From: Octopus vulgaris | Lineage: Eukaryota | Direction of reading: 5' to 3' | DNA length: 64,000 nucleotides | Assembly: GCA_951406725.2 (NCBI GenBank) | Contig: OX597829.1 | Location: 5,518,001-5,582,000, forward strand | Shown here: piece by piece, positions 13,440-26,616 of the stretch | How positions within the stretch are numbered: position 1 is the stretch's first letter | How the letters are laid out: each line of letters starts with the position of its first letter | Translations under genes and position numbers: made by a program | Notes under the pieces: model-generated | Told to the model about the DNA's origin: nothing | The model's input: the letters and a program-made list of their open reading frames with translations, nothing else | The model's database searches: none

Positions 13440-13755
13440 CGTAACTCACGACGACGAGTGCTCCGGATGATCCGATCAAGTGGACAGCTTACTCATGAAA
13501 TTAACCTGCAAGTGGCCGAGCGCTCCACAGGCGTGCGTGTCCTTATCATAGTTCTCAGGGAGACTCAGCGTGACCCAAAGTGTCACAGGGCTGACCCTTT
13601 TGAATTACAGGTATAACTCATTTTTATCAGCTGAGTAGACTGGAACAACGTGAAATAAAATGTTTTGCGCAAGGGCACAATGAAACGTTGGGAATCGAAC
13701 TCACGGTCATAATATCTTCAGCTCAATATCCCAACCACTAAGCCACGCGCCTTCA
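13440..13755 (-). mobile_element. SINE, family B-related
   Basis: Minus-strand head gaaggcgcgtggcttagtggttggga..gtgagttcgattccc; body homologous to 6863-7143. Confidence 0.8.
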
Positions 13756-14059
13756 AATTTCTTGAATATTGATGACTTTTTATGAAATACCCAATTTGTA
13801 TAATATGAATGTTGAATATTCAACGTGTATGAAATATTCTATCGAGAATATGAATAATGTAAATCTGTGAGCGAAATGTTTTTCACAAATAATTTCCACT
13901 CAAAAAGAATCGCTTTTAAAACGACATAGATCTTTTTACAAGAAAATGGGCAATTATTTATGGATAGATTGATTCTACCATCGGTGCTATTCAAATATGT
14001 TGTTGCTAATTTGTGTATAGGTTGAGCTGCCTTTGGTAAATTGAATCACTTGATGAGTA

Positions 14060-17000
14060 GTAAGTTGGTCATGTGTGCTGCCTCTTATTGCGAAAAGAAG
14101 AGAAACATGGACTACCATGAAGAGCATTGAAAATAAATGAAGATCAACAGAAGGAGCCTTGGAAAGGAGAGTTTATGAAGATTAACAGAAGGAGCCTTGG
14201 AAAGGAGAGTTTATGAAGATCAACAGAAGGAGCCTTGGAAAGGAGAGTTTATGAAGATTAACAGAAGGAGCCTTGGAAAGGAGAGTTTATGAAGATTAAC
14301 AGAAGGAGCCTTGGAAAGGAGAGTTTAAGAAGATTAACAGAAGGAGCCTTGGAAAGGAGAGTTTATGAAGATTAGCAGAAGGAGCCTTGGAAAGGAGAGT
14401 TTATGAAGATTAACAGAAGGAGCCTTGGAAAGGAGAGTTTATGAAGATTAACAGAAGGAGCCTTGGAAAGGAGAGTTTATGAAGATTAACAGAAGGAGCC
14501 TTGGAAAGGAGAGTTTATGAAGATTAACAGAAGGAGCCTTGGAAAGGAGAGTTTATGAAGATTAACAGAAGGAACCTTGGAAAGGAGAGTTTATGAAGAT
14601 CAACAGAAGGAGCCTTGGAAAGGAGAGTTTATGAAGATTAACAGGAGCCTTGGAAAGGAGAGTTTATGAAGATTAACAAAAGGAGCCTTGGAAAGGAGAG
14701 TTTATGAAGATTAACAGAAGGACCTTGGAAAGGAGAGTTTATGAAGATTAACAGAAGGAGCCTTGGAAAGGAGAGTTTATGAAGATTACAGAAGGAGCCT
14801 TGGAAAGGAGAGTTTATGAAGATTAACAGAAGGAGCCTTGGAAAGGAGAGTTTATGAAGATTAACAGAAGGAGCCTTGGAAAGGAGAGTTTATGAAGATC
14901 AACATAAGGAGCCTTGGAAAGGAGAGTTTATGAAGATTAGCAGAAGGAGCCTTGGAAAGGAGAGTTTATGAAGATTAACAGAAGGAGCCTTGGAAAGGAG
15001 AGTTTATGAAGATTAACAGAAGGAGCCTTGGAAAGGAGAGTTTATGAAAGATTAACAGAAGGAGCCTTGGAAAGGAGAGTTTATGAAGATTAACAGAAGG
15101 AGCCTTGGAAAGGAGAGTTTATGAAGATTAACAGAAGGAGCGATGGAAAGGAGAGTTTATGAAGATTAACAGAAGGAGCCTTGGAAAGAAGAGAGTTTAT
15201 TAAGATTAACAGAAGGAGCCTTGGAAAGGAGAGTTTATGAAGATCAACAGAAGGAGCCTTGGAAAGGAGAGTTTATGAAGATTAACAGAAGGAGCAATGG
15301 AAAGGAGAGTTTATGAAGATTAACAGAAGGAGCCTTGGAAAGGAGAGTTTATGAAGATTAACAGAAGGAGCGATGGAAAGGAGAGTTTATGAAGATTAAC
15401 AGAAGGAGCCTTGGAAAGGAGAGTTTATGAAGATTAACAGAAGGAGCCTTGGAAAGGAGAGTTTATGAAGATTAACAGAAGGAGCCTTGGAAAGGAGAGT
15501 TTATGAAGATCAACAGAAGGAGCCTTGGAAAGGAGAGTTTATGAAGATTAACAGAAGGAGCCTTGGAAAGGAGAGTTTATGAAGATTAACAGAAGGAGCG
15601 ATGGAAAGGAGAGTTTATGAAGATTAACAGAAGGAGCCTTGGAAAGGAGAGTTTATGAAGATTAACAGAAGGAGCGATGGAAAGGAGAGTTTATGAAGAT
15701 TAACAGAAGGAGCCTTGGAAAGGAGAGTTTATGAAGATTAACAGAAGGAGCCTTGAAGGAGAGTTTATGAAGATAACAGAAGGAACCTTGGAAAGGAGAG
15801 TTTATGAAGATTAACAGAAGGAGCCTTGGAAAGGAGAGTTTTGAGATTAACAGAAGGAGCCTGGAATGGAGAGTTTATGAAGATTAACAGAAGGAGCCTT
15901 GGAAAGGAGAGTTTATGAAGATTAACAGAAGGAGCCTTGGAAAGGAGAGTTTATGAAGATTAACAGAAGGAGCCTTGGAAAGGAGAGTTTATGAAGATTA
16001 CAGAAGGAGCCTTGGAAAGGAGAGTTTATGAAGATTAACAGAAGGAGCCTTGGAAAGGAGAGTTTATGAAGATTAACAGAAGGAGCGATGGCAAGGGGAG
16101 TTTATGAAGATTAACAGAAGGAGCCTTGGAAAGGAGAGTTTATGAAGATTAACAGAAGGAGCCTTGGAAAGGAGAGTTTATGAAGATTAACAGAAGGAGC
16201 CTTGGAAAGGAGAGTTTATGAAGATCAACAGAAGGAGCCTTGGAAAGGAGAGTTTATGAAGATTAACAGAAGGAGCCTTGGAAAGGAAGTTTATGAAGAT
16301 TAACAGAGGAGGATGGAAAGGAGAGTTTATGAAGATTAACAGAAGGAGCCTTGGAAAGGAGAGTTTATGAAGATTAACAGAAGGAGCCTTGGAAAGGAGA
16401 GTTTATGAAGATTAACAGAAGGAGCCTTGGAAAGGAGAGTTTATGAAGATTAACAGAAGGAGCCTTGGAAAGAGAGTTTATGAAGATTAACAGAAGGAGC
16501 CTTGGAAAGGAGAGTTTATGAAGATTAACAGAAGGAGCCTTGGAAAGGAGAGTTTATGAAGATTAACAGAAGGAGCCTTGGAAAGGAGAGTTTATGAAGG
16601 AAAGGAGAGTTTATGAAGATTAACAGAAGGAGCCTTGGAAAGGAGAGTTTATGAAGATTAACAGAAGGAGCCTTGGAAAGGAGAGTTTATGAAGATTAAC
16701 AGAAGGAGCCTTGGAAAGGAGAGTTTATGAAGATTAACAGAAGGAGCCTTGGAAAGGAGAGTTTTTATGAAGATTAACAGAAGGAGCCTTGGAAAGGAGA
16801 GTTTATGAAGATTAACAGAAGGAGCGATGGAAAGGAGAGTTTATGAAGATTAACAGAAGGAGCCTTGGAAAGGAGAGTTTATGAAGATTAGCAGAGAAGG
16901 AGCCTGATGGAAAGGAGAGTTTATGAAGATTAACAGAAGGAGCGATGGAAAGGAGAGTTTATGAAGATTAACAGAAGGAGCCTTGGAAAGGAGAGTTTAT

Positions 17001-19590
17001 GAAGATTAACAGAAGGAGCCTTGGAAAGGAGAGTTTATGAAGATTAACAGAAGGAGCCTTGGAAAGGAGAGTTTATGAAGATTAACAGAAGGAGCCTTGG
17101 AAAGGAGAGTTTATGAAGATTAACAGAAGGAGCCTTGGAAAGGAGAGTTTATGAAGATTAACAGAAGGAGCCTTGGAAAGGAGAGTTTATGAAGATCAAC
17201 AGAAGGAGCCTTGGAAAGGAGAGTTTATGAAGATCAACAGAAGGAGCCTTGGAAAGGAGAGTTTATGAAGATCAACAGGAGGAGCGATGGAAAGGGGAGT
17301 TTATGAAGATTAAGAGAAGGAGCGTTTATGAAGATTGGAAAGGAGAGTTTATGAAGATTAACAGAAGGAGCCTTGGAAAGGAGAGTTTATGAAGATTAAC
17401 AGAAGGAGCCTTGGAAAGGAGAGTTTATGAAGATCAACAGAAGGAGCCTTGGAAAGGAGAGTTTATGAAGATTAACAGAAGGAGCCTTGGAAAGGAGAGT
17501 TTATGAAGATTAACAGAAGGAGCGATGGAAAGGAGAGTTTATGAAGATTAACAGAAGGAGCCTTGGAAAGGAGAGTTTATGAAGATTAACAGAAGGAGCC
17601 TTGGAAAGGAGAGTTTATGAAGATCAACAGAAGGAGCCTTGGAAAGGAGAGTTTATGAAGATTAACAGAAGGAGCCTTGGAAAGGAGAGTTTATGAAGAT
17701 TAACAGAAGGAGCCTTGGAAAGGAGAGTTTATGAAGATTAACAGAAGGAGCAATGGAAAGGAGAGTTTATGAAGATTAACAGAAGGAGCCTTGGAAAGGA
17801 GAGTTTATGAAAATAAACAGAAGGAGCGATGGAAAGGAGAGTTTATGAAGATTAACAGAAGGAGCCTTGGAAAGGAGAGTTTATGAAGATTAACAGAAGG
17901 AGCGATGGAAAGGAGAGTTTATGAAGATTAACAGAAGGAGCGATGGAAAGGAGAGTTTATGAAGATTAACAGAAGGAGCCTTGGAAAGGAGAGTTTATGA
18001 AGATTAAAAGAAGGAGCCTTGGAAAGGAGAGTTTATGAAGATTAACAGAAGGAGCCTTGGAAAGGAGAGTTTATGAAGATTAAAAGAAGGAGCCTTGGAA
18101 AGGAGAGTTTATGAAGATTAACAGAAGGAGCCTTGGAAAGGAGAGTTTATGAAGATTAACAGAAGGAGCCTTGGAAAGGAGAGTTTATGAAGATTAACAG
18201 AAGGAGCCTTGGAAAGGTGAGTTTATGAAGATTAAAAGAAGGAGCCTTGGAAAGGAGAGTTTATGAAGATTAACAGAAGGTACCTTGGAAAGGAGAGTTT
18301 ATGAAGATTAACAGAAGGAGCCTTGGAAAGGAGAGTTTATGAAGATTAACAGAAGGAGCCTTGGAAAGGAGAGTTTATGAAGATTAACAGAAGGAGCCTT
18401 GGAAAGGAGAGTTTATGAAGATTAACAGAAGGAGCCTTGGAAAGGAGAGTTTATGAAGATTAACAGAAGGAGCCTTGGAAAGAAGAGTTTATGAAGATTA
18501 ACAGAAGGAGTCTTGGAAAGGAGAGTTTATGAAGATTAACAGAAGGAGCCTTGGAAAGGAGAGTTTATGAAGATTAAAAGAAGGAGCCTTGGAAAGGAGA
18601 GTTTATGAAGATTAACAGAAGGTACCTTGGAAAGGAGAGTTTATGAAGATTAACAGAAGGAGCCTTGGAAAGGAGAGTTTATGAAGATTAACAGAAGGAG
18701 CCTTGGAAAGGAGAGTTTATGAAGATTAACAGAAGGAGCCTTGGAAAGGAGAGTTTATGAAGATTAACAGAAGGAGCCTTGGAAAGAAGAGTTTTTGAAG
18801 ATTAACAGAAGGAGCCTTGGAAAGGAGAGTTTATGAAAATCAACAGAAGGAGCCTTGGAAAGGAGAGTTTATGAAGATTAACAGAAGGAGCCTTGGAAAG
18901 GAGAGTTTATGAAGATTAACAGAAGGAGCGATGGAAAGGAGAGTTTATGAAGATTAACAGAAGGAGCCTTGGAAAGGAGAGTTTATGAAGATTAACAGAA
19001 GGAGCGATGGAAAGGAGAGTTTATGAAGATTAACAGAAGGAGCCTTGGAAAGGAGAGTTTATGAAAATCAACAGAAGGAGCCTTGGAAAGGAGAGTTTAT
19101 GAAGATTAACAAAAGGAGCCTTGGAAAGGAGAGTTTATGAAGATTAACAGAAGGAGCGATGGAAAGGAGAGTTTATGAAGATTAACAGAAGGAGCGATGG
19201 ATAGGAGAGTTTATGAAGATTAACAGAAGGAGCCTTGGAAAGGAGAGTTTACGAAGATTAGCAGAAGGAGCCTTGGAAAGGAGAGTTTACGAAGATTAGC
19301 AGAATGGTTTAAGTGGAGAAACAGCAGGATAAAAGTGGCAACAGGTTTATAAAATCTCTGAAATGATTTTTCGTAGTAGAAGGGACAATAGATGGAATAG
19401 GAAAGTGACACCAGATCCAGGAAGAAGAAGAAGGAGCGGGGAAGAGCATGAAGAAGCTGGAATAAAGATTTTGTTAAATTCTCTGGTGCTAAAACATGGA
19501 TGAGGAAAATATCAGACCATGGTTGCTGGACAGAACATACAGAGGCATTTGTCCAGCCATGGGTTAAACAAGTGCAAAGATGATGATGTC
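14060..19590 (+). mobile_element. RTE-clade LINE 3' fragment interrupted by a minisatellite derived from itself
   Basis: Left flank CVLPL..ETWTTMKSIENK*RSTEGALERR. Right flank KISRM..WRNSRIK..RRDNRWNRKVT..KTWMRKISDHGCWTEHTEAFVQPWV with a (GAT)n tail. Confidence 0.8.
14137..19304. repeat. 38-bp minisatellite, about 136 copies (gaagattaacagaaggagccttggaaaggagagtttat)
   Basis: Directly visible head-to-tail units without spacers. Recurrent variants gcctt/gcgat and ttaac/tcaac/ttagc. Confidence 0.98.
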
Positions 19591-20775
19591 TGTATATTTT
19601 ATGTATATGTGTATGTGTACGTCTCCCATTGACTGCGCACTTCAATTTCCAATAGATCGATAAAATATGTACCTGTCATAAAATTACTGGTGTTAATTTG
19701 TTCGACTACCCACTTCAATGCGGTACCCCAACATGGTCGTAATCCAGTGACTGAAACACATCCAAGATTAAAGACCAGATAAAAAAGATAGAAGCATTTG
19801 ATTTCGAAGCAAATAATCAATTTCTTTTCGGTATAGGTGAATTACGTCATTATAGACATCTTATAATTAATCATTTATACACTGTTCATGATTATAGATT
19901 CATGAATTGGTGAATCAGTGAAGCTTTAAATTTAAGAAGAAAAAAAAATACTAAATGCATTTTTCCTTTTTAGTTACCATTTTTATGTGGCCTACTTTCA
20001 TCCCTTTTCTCAAGAATATTTCTCAGAATATTTTAGTTACGTCATCTATAAGATCCGGAAGATCATGTTGCCAATTTCTACGTTTAGTAACTTATTACTT
20101 TTTATAGTTTGTATGCTTTAAAGAGAGAAAAAAAGCAGAAAAACACATGGTGCACGAAGCTGCAGATACAACAATTTTAAGGGAAATAAGTCAGATAAAA
20201 ATTATGTGTAGGTTGTTTCCCCTAGTTGATAACTGCTGGAGTGTAAACATTTGTAGCGGTTCTTTCTTTGTCTCCATATACAAAAAATGATAACCAAATG
20301 AAACCCATTCGCTTTGAAACACCGTTTTGAAAAAAGAGGAAAAAACACATTCTATAATACACTCATTCTTAGGTACCCTTAAATAATGGATGATGGATAC
20401 GGCTCTAATGCCTTTGATCACACACACAATCTTACGCATGCACGCATGCACACGGAAGCAGAACATACACACGTACAAATTCACACTCATACACACATAC
20501 ATATATATACATTCATATGCATGCACACAAACATCTGGGTATTGATACATACGCAGACACATGAATATACATATTGAACACATACACACACACACATACA
20601 CACACATCTACCATATTCTACACACATACAAGCAACAAGGTCTGAGGCAGACAAACGCGGCTTCTAAATGCCAATGAAAGAACTTTGGGGAAAAACAAAA
20701 ACGAAACAAACGACTGTTTAACCAACAATTGAGCTATTAATTAATTTAACCAACTGACTAATAAAGTTAAACATA

Positions 20776-21004
20776 TATTTCTTTATTGCCCACAAGGAGC
20801 TAAACATAGAGGGGACAAACAAGGACAGACATAGGTATTAAGTCGATTACATCGACCCCAGTGCGTAACTGGTTCTTTATTTATCGACCCCGAAAGGATG
20901 AAAGGCAAAGTCGACCTCAGCGGATTTTGAACTCAGAACGTAACGGCAGACGAAATACGGCTAAGCATTTCGCCCGGTGTGCTAACCACTCTGCCAGCTC
21001 GCTG
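20776..21004 (-). mobile_element. SINE family C (Meta-like), full length
   Basis: Homologous to 11874-12095. Tail tgtcccctctatgtttagctccttgtgggcaataaagaaat on the minus strand. Confidence 0.88.
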
Positions 21005-21588
21005 TCTAAAACTGTATAAAGGAGAGTAACTGAACTAGTGATGCGTTATCAATATCAATATTGGCGTAATGACCCTCGTTAGACACAACAAAATTTGTTT
21101 CAACTCGCGAATTCAAATAAAGAATCTTGCAAATTCCAAAGTCTGACTCAGCTGAAACACAGAAGTTATCAAACAACTTTAAGCATGATAGAAACATTTC
21201 AGGAATTCTCTTTGCAAAGTGATTCGTATTTCTCAATTTGATGAATCAATAACAAAAAATAAGCCAATTCGTTGCCGTCAAAACGGAAAGTTTCAAGTCC
21301 AACGAAAATTCTCCAAATGTCAGAAAACAATTTTTCTTCTTACAAATACCTCAAATTAATAGATAATGAACAAGACGGGAATAGTGTGAATGAATATTAC
21401 TTCGTTACCCAGAGCTTAAGAAGATGGAGACAGTCTTTGTGTCACAATGTCAGTGATATTGGGGATGTGCATAAGTTAGGAAGAGATCCTCTATTGTGGT
21501 TAGATCTAGCATTTGCAGCAATTATCTCCAATTCCTCTAGTTGCGTGATGTTTGGCTGGAGGAAGAGATGTTAAACTATTTCCTTGAT

Positions 21589-21775
21589 AGGTGCAGGCGT
21601 GGCTGTGTGGTAAGTAGCTTGCTTACCAACCACATGGTTCCGGATTCATTACCACTGCGTGGCACCTTGGCCAAATGTCTTCTACTATAGTTTCGGGCCG
21701 AATAAAGCCTTGTGAGTGGATTTGGTTGACAGAAACTGAAACAAGCCCGTCGTATATATAAATATATATATGTGT

Positions 21776-21856
<81 letters not shown>

Positions 21857-22061
21857 TGTGTTTGTCCCCCCAACATCGCTTGACAACCGATGCTGGTGTG
21901 TTCACGTCCCCGTCACTTAGCGGTTCGGCATGAGAGACCGATAGAATAAGTACTAGGCTTACAAAGAATAAGTCCTGGGTTCGATTTGCTCGACTAAAGG
22001 CGGTACTCCAGCATGGCCGCAGTCAAATGACTGAAACAAGTTAAAAGAATAAAAGAATAAA
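21589..22061 (+). mobile_element. tRNA-derived SINE family A with internal (TA)n(TG)n
   Basis: Head ggtgcaggcgtggctgtgtggtaagtagcttgc..ggttccgg, internal microsatellite, short tandem tail (aaaagaat)n. Copies at 30347, 54695 and 59838. Confidence 0.88.
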
Positions 22062-22747
22062 GGAACATGTGTAGAGATTGAGCAGTTGTTCTGAAGAAGG
22101 ACTTTGGGGTTTGCTTTTTGGTTTTTGATGTTCTGTTAGTTTGGATTCAGTTGAGATTTTATTGAGATATTTAGCAAGCAGTTTCACATTTGTGTACTGA
22201 AAGACTTTTGCATGGGAGCGAGCGTCTGTGGAGGTAAAGGTATGTCATTAAGGTAAGTCATTAAGGTATTGGATTAAGAGTGTACGATACAGAAACCGTA
22301 ACCTGGGGCCTAGCAGAGCTGATAGAATTTCGTCCAGAGAAAGAACTATCCGCACTCGTAATAATTGTGTAAATAGCAGGAAACCACGGAGTCAACGGAC
22401 GGAAAACAGTGCAGCCATCAAGGGGAGACTTTTTCCCCAGGAGGTTGTCTGGCTGCAGTCGAAGGTAAATAACACGGGACACAACACCTGTCTCTCAAGA
22501 GAAAGCTCTTTTGCAAGACATATATAAGAACAGCTCTTCAGTAGAGATGGTTTTGTGAAAGCAATATCTGTTGTCGTTAATGAGGGAAAGAAACTCAATG
22601 TAAGGCCGGTGGGTCACACCTGAGATTTGTTGTTGGTCACATTTGAGATTTAATACGACGACTGATTGCATGGTTAGAAGAATTAATCTCTTTATAGTTG
22701 AGAATTAATCCCTTTATGTATTCAAAAGCCACCAACAAACGGTCAAC

Positions 22748-22898
22748 CTCAAACTTTATGGTGAAGATGAATCGCAAGTCAGTTCCCTCGTTGATACGGT
22801 GTATACCTTCAGTGCTGATATCAGAAGGGAGTTCGGACTGAGAAAGTGTGGTGTGTTAGTCTTGAAGACAGGCAAAATCAAATGTAAGGACGGACTAA
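22748..22898 (+). mobile_element. Reverse-transcriptase fragment of an R4/Dong-like LINE
   Basis: LKLYGEDESQVSSLVDTVYTFSADIRREFGLRKCGVLVLKTGK, the segment that follows the catalytic DD motif. Confidence 0.75.
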
Positions 22899-23127
22899 TA
22901 AATGGATTGTTGTTGCTAAGAGGGACTGTTGATTGGAGATGATAGGTGACGAGGGGTTGTGAAGGACAGGTAAGTGGTGCTGGCGGATGGGGCCGTCAGC
23001 ATCGCTTTCATATTATCACTATCATTCTAAAAATTCATTCTCCATACTATTAATTATAATGTTCTATGTCCCCAATGTCTTGTGGTGTCCCCTCTGTGTC
23101 GCCTCTAGTGGGTAATAAAGACAAAGA

Positions 23128-23204
<77 letters not shown>

Positions 23205-23205
<1 letters not shown>

Positions 23206-24150
23206 TTCTTCAAATTTTCTTCCGTTTCTCGCCGGGTGTTTTCCGTACACCTAGGGCAGAGAAGCTCATTGTATGCATTCCCAGATTACACACGCAAATT
23301 CACAGATAAAATATGTATTTAAAAAATTAATGAATAAATAAATTCATGGATGGATGTTGTTTTCACAGCGATAATGCTCTTCTCAGTACATGAGCCGTTC
23401 CAGTCAACACGATTTTTTGCACTTCCTGTGGGGATGGTAAGCCTGGAATCATTTTCAAATAGGTTTCAGTACCTTTTTTTTTTATCATTCCCAGAGATCC
23501 TACAATCACTGGTACTGTAGTCGCCTTGAGATACCACATTTTTTTCAATTTCTATTAGCAAGTTTTTATATTTACTAATCTTGTCAAATTCTTTCGCCGC
23601 TATATTGTAATCGCAAGGAATACCCATGTCAATTAATAAACACACCTTTTTTGTCTGATCTTTTATGATAATATCCGGTTTATTAGCTTTTATAGTCTTG
23701 TCGGTCTGTACGGGGAAGTCCCATAGAATCGACACATTTTCTTCCTCAGTCACAGCTTCAGGATGGTGTTTATACCATTTGTCAGCGGTTTTGATTTTAT
23801 AATGCCGACATATTGCCCAGTGTAAATACTGGCCGACTCTGTCATGTCTTGCTTTATATTCTACATGTCCTAAGACTCTACACCCTGAGATTAGGTGGTC
23901 TATTGTTTCCATCTCATCGTTACAGAATCGGCATTTTGGGTCAGCTCCAGTTTTTATCACATTGGCTTGGTAGTTCCGGGTTAATAAGCTTTGGTCTTGA
24001 GAAGCTAATATGAAACCTTTACTCTCCGCTTTTAGCCCTGAGCTTCGTAACCATTGGTGCGTGTGTTTCTGGTCGACGTCAGCTTGTTTGCTACGGGCCA
24101 CATACTTGCCATGCAGAGGTTTCTGTTCCCATCTGCTAGCTAATTTTTCA
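23205..24150 (-). mobile_element. 5'-truncated Dong/R4-clade LINE (knuckle, RLE, 3' UTR), frameshifted
   Basis: ASQDQSLLTRNY, CRFCNDEMETIDHLISGC, KARHDRVG, KPDIIIKD..LIDMGIP, VPVIVGSLG. Frameshifts in poly-T runs. (TAA)n tracts at 23128-23204 and 24156-24508 flank it. Confidence 0.92.
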
Positions 24151-24870
24151 TGCGCATCATCATCATCATCATCATCATCTATTTATTTATTCATTCATTT
24201 ATTTATCATTTATTATTATTTATTTATTATTTATTATTTATTATTTATTATTAATTATTTATTATTAATTATTAATTATTTATTATTAATTATTATTATT
24301 ATTAATTATTTATTATTAATTATTTATTATTAATCATTTATTATTCATTATTATTTATTATTATTAATTATTAATTATTATTATTAATTATTTATTATTA
24401 ATTATTTTTTATTTATTATTAATTATTAATTATTTATTATTAATTATTATTACTATTAATTATTATTAATCATTATTATTATTATTATTATTAATTATTA
24501 TTATTATAAGGCCAACTATTTCGAGAATGTGGCTTGATTACATCGATCCCAGTCCTCAGTTGGTACTTATCGACTCCGAAAGAAAGATAAAAGGTAAAGT
24601 CGACCTATGCCGCCACCTCAACATGCAACTGCCTCGCAGAAGGGTCTTTCCATCAACTTCAAAGAGTCCCACACAATGGGAAACGCTATTCCCACAAAAC
24701 TCTTTTTGTTTCCTTGCTTATTGGTTCCTTTCTTTCTGTGTTCTACCAATAAAATCCCATCGCTGTTATCGGTGTTCACGTAGCTCAACACAAATTCAGG
24801 AAACGTCCAAAGACATCTTTTTTTAATCTTTTTATGGATCAGTTTCAGTATTGAACTTTTTTATATAAGA

Positions 24871-24937
24871 CTAGCAGTATCACCCGGCGTTGCTCGGGTT
24901 TGTAAGGGAAATAACTATATAAGCATTTTTAGAGAGT
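24871..24937 (-). mobile_element. 3' end of a non-autonomous Helitron
   Basis: Reverse complement of acccgagcaacgccggg..actgCTAG; same family as 50514-51027. Confidence 0.75.
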
Positions 24938-24939
24938 TT

Positions 24940-25192
24940 CGTATATATGTATATATATATGCGCGTGTGTATATGCGCGTGTGTATATGTTTGTGTGTCT
25001 GTGTTTGTGCCCCTAGCATTGCTTGACAACCGATGCTGGTGTGTTTACGTCCCCCGTCACTTAGCAGTTCGGCAAAAGAGACCGATAGAATAAGTACTAG
25101 GCTTGCAAAGAATAAGTCCTGGGGGCGATTTCCTCGACTAAAGGTGGTACTCCAGCATGGCCACATTCACATGACTGAAACAAGTAAAAGAG
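24940..25192 (+). mobile_element. SINE family A, 3' half
   Basis: Matches 21850-22045. Confidence 0.8.
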
Positions 25193-25537
25193 AAATATTC
25201 AAAATATATTTTCAACATTTTATCTCAAGTCATATTTTCGAAGGGAGGTAACTCGACTTTCTTTATAAATTGGACTTCAAAAACTTTACAAATATTCTAA
25301 AATTTTATTTTTAATTATCAAAAAGACAAAAAGAATCTTATAATTTACCCCCCGAACTTTGATTATACGTAAGTATGCAACTTTAATCAGTTATAATTTT
25401 AAAACACTATTCATATCTCTATAAATAACAAATATTTTCCCACAAAATATTCGGAAGTTGGTGACATTAAGATTTAACAACTTTTTAACACGTTCAGTAC
25501 AGTTTCTGTTTTAACATAAACGTTTGAAAATATACAC

Positions 25538-25584
<47 letters not shown>

Positions 25585-25900
25585 TGTCTGTGTGTGCGTG
25601 TGTGCGTGTCTGATTAAAGATTTAATTAACACGTATTCATTTTTGTGGCACTCCCCCTATCTAGATCGGTAACTAAATGTTTTTTCAGTGTAGCGTATCT
25701 CGTTATTGGTAACAAAGGAATAGTTTTGAAAATTAATTAATGCTTCATTCTGTTTTATGAACCCTTCTGTCGCGAAACCACGTCTTCCATTGATCTCTTC
25801 ATATTCAAATGACTTTTGTAAGAATTAAAAAAAAAAATTATCTTTTTATTTCCAGTTTTCACTGTCATAAATGACCAAAACCTTTTGCTTATTGCGTTGC

Positions 25901-26309
25901 GGATCTCTTCGGTTTGACCGGCAGTTTTTTCTAGCGGTGTCATATGAAATTGTCACCCATAATTATGACCCTAGTATCGATCTATTGCATTTCAATCTCT
26001 TTTAGGGTTAGGGTTAGGGGTGGGGGGAAGGGTATCTTTTTTTTCTTCACAAATGTAAGTAAACCCATTCTGTTTCTTAAACGAGGGACATATTCATACA
26101 GCACAGAATGTTTTTTAACTCAATAGACGTCACTGATTGGTTGAAATTGCAGAAATTGAAGAAAAAATATCTTACAAACTATAGAATTTTCTCAATAAAG
26201 CCAAGAGAAAAAGATGTTTTATAAGCACATTCTACCAGTATACGAAGTTTAAAATTTTTTAGTTACAAAGAAATTATTTTAAAAACTGCCGGTCAAACCG
26301 AAAAGATCC
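25901..26309. mobile_element. 409-bp MITE with about 30-bp TIRs and an 8-bp TSD
   Basis: TIRs ggatctcttcggtttgaccggcagttttt / aaaaactgccggtcaaaccgaaaagatcc. TSD tgcgttgc (25893-25900) / tgtgttgc (26310-26317). Internal ttagggttagggttagggg. Confidence 0.9.
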
Positions 26310-26445
26310 TGTGTTGCTAAGCATTTTACTGTGTATGTGCATCTTTGTACATATGTGTGAGTGAGTCTGTAGCTGTGAGTATTCGGTGGTCAGCGTTCAC
26401 TTATGCGTGTTTGTATATATTCTCGATGTAGGTACGAATGCATAA

Positions 26446-26496
<51 letters not shown>

Positions 26497-26616
26497 TGTG
26501 TGTGTGTGTGTGTGTGTGATTATTCAGATGTATTTAAAGATTTCTTGCCAATTGCCAATAGAAAAATAGCCGGTTTCTAATCTAGATCTACTGGAATTTC
26601 AACATCAACAACACGG

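Noticed and set aside
14137-19304. CRISPR-like array (unit length 38 bp)
   Set aside because: Units are head-to-tail with no unique spacers, there are no cas genes, the context is eukaryotic, and the unit derives from the flanking RTE ORF.
22150-22640. Possible Tx1/L1 ORF1 remnant (AISVVVNEGKK...VGH)
   Set aside because: Too degenerate; the zinc-knuckle cysteines are not recoverable by eye.
26000-26032. Telomere or chromosome-fusion scar
   Set aside because: Only about three TTAGGG units, and they are an internal part of a multi-copy MITE.
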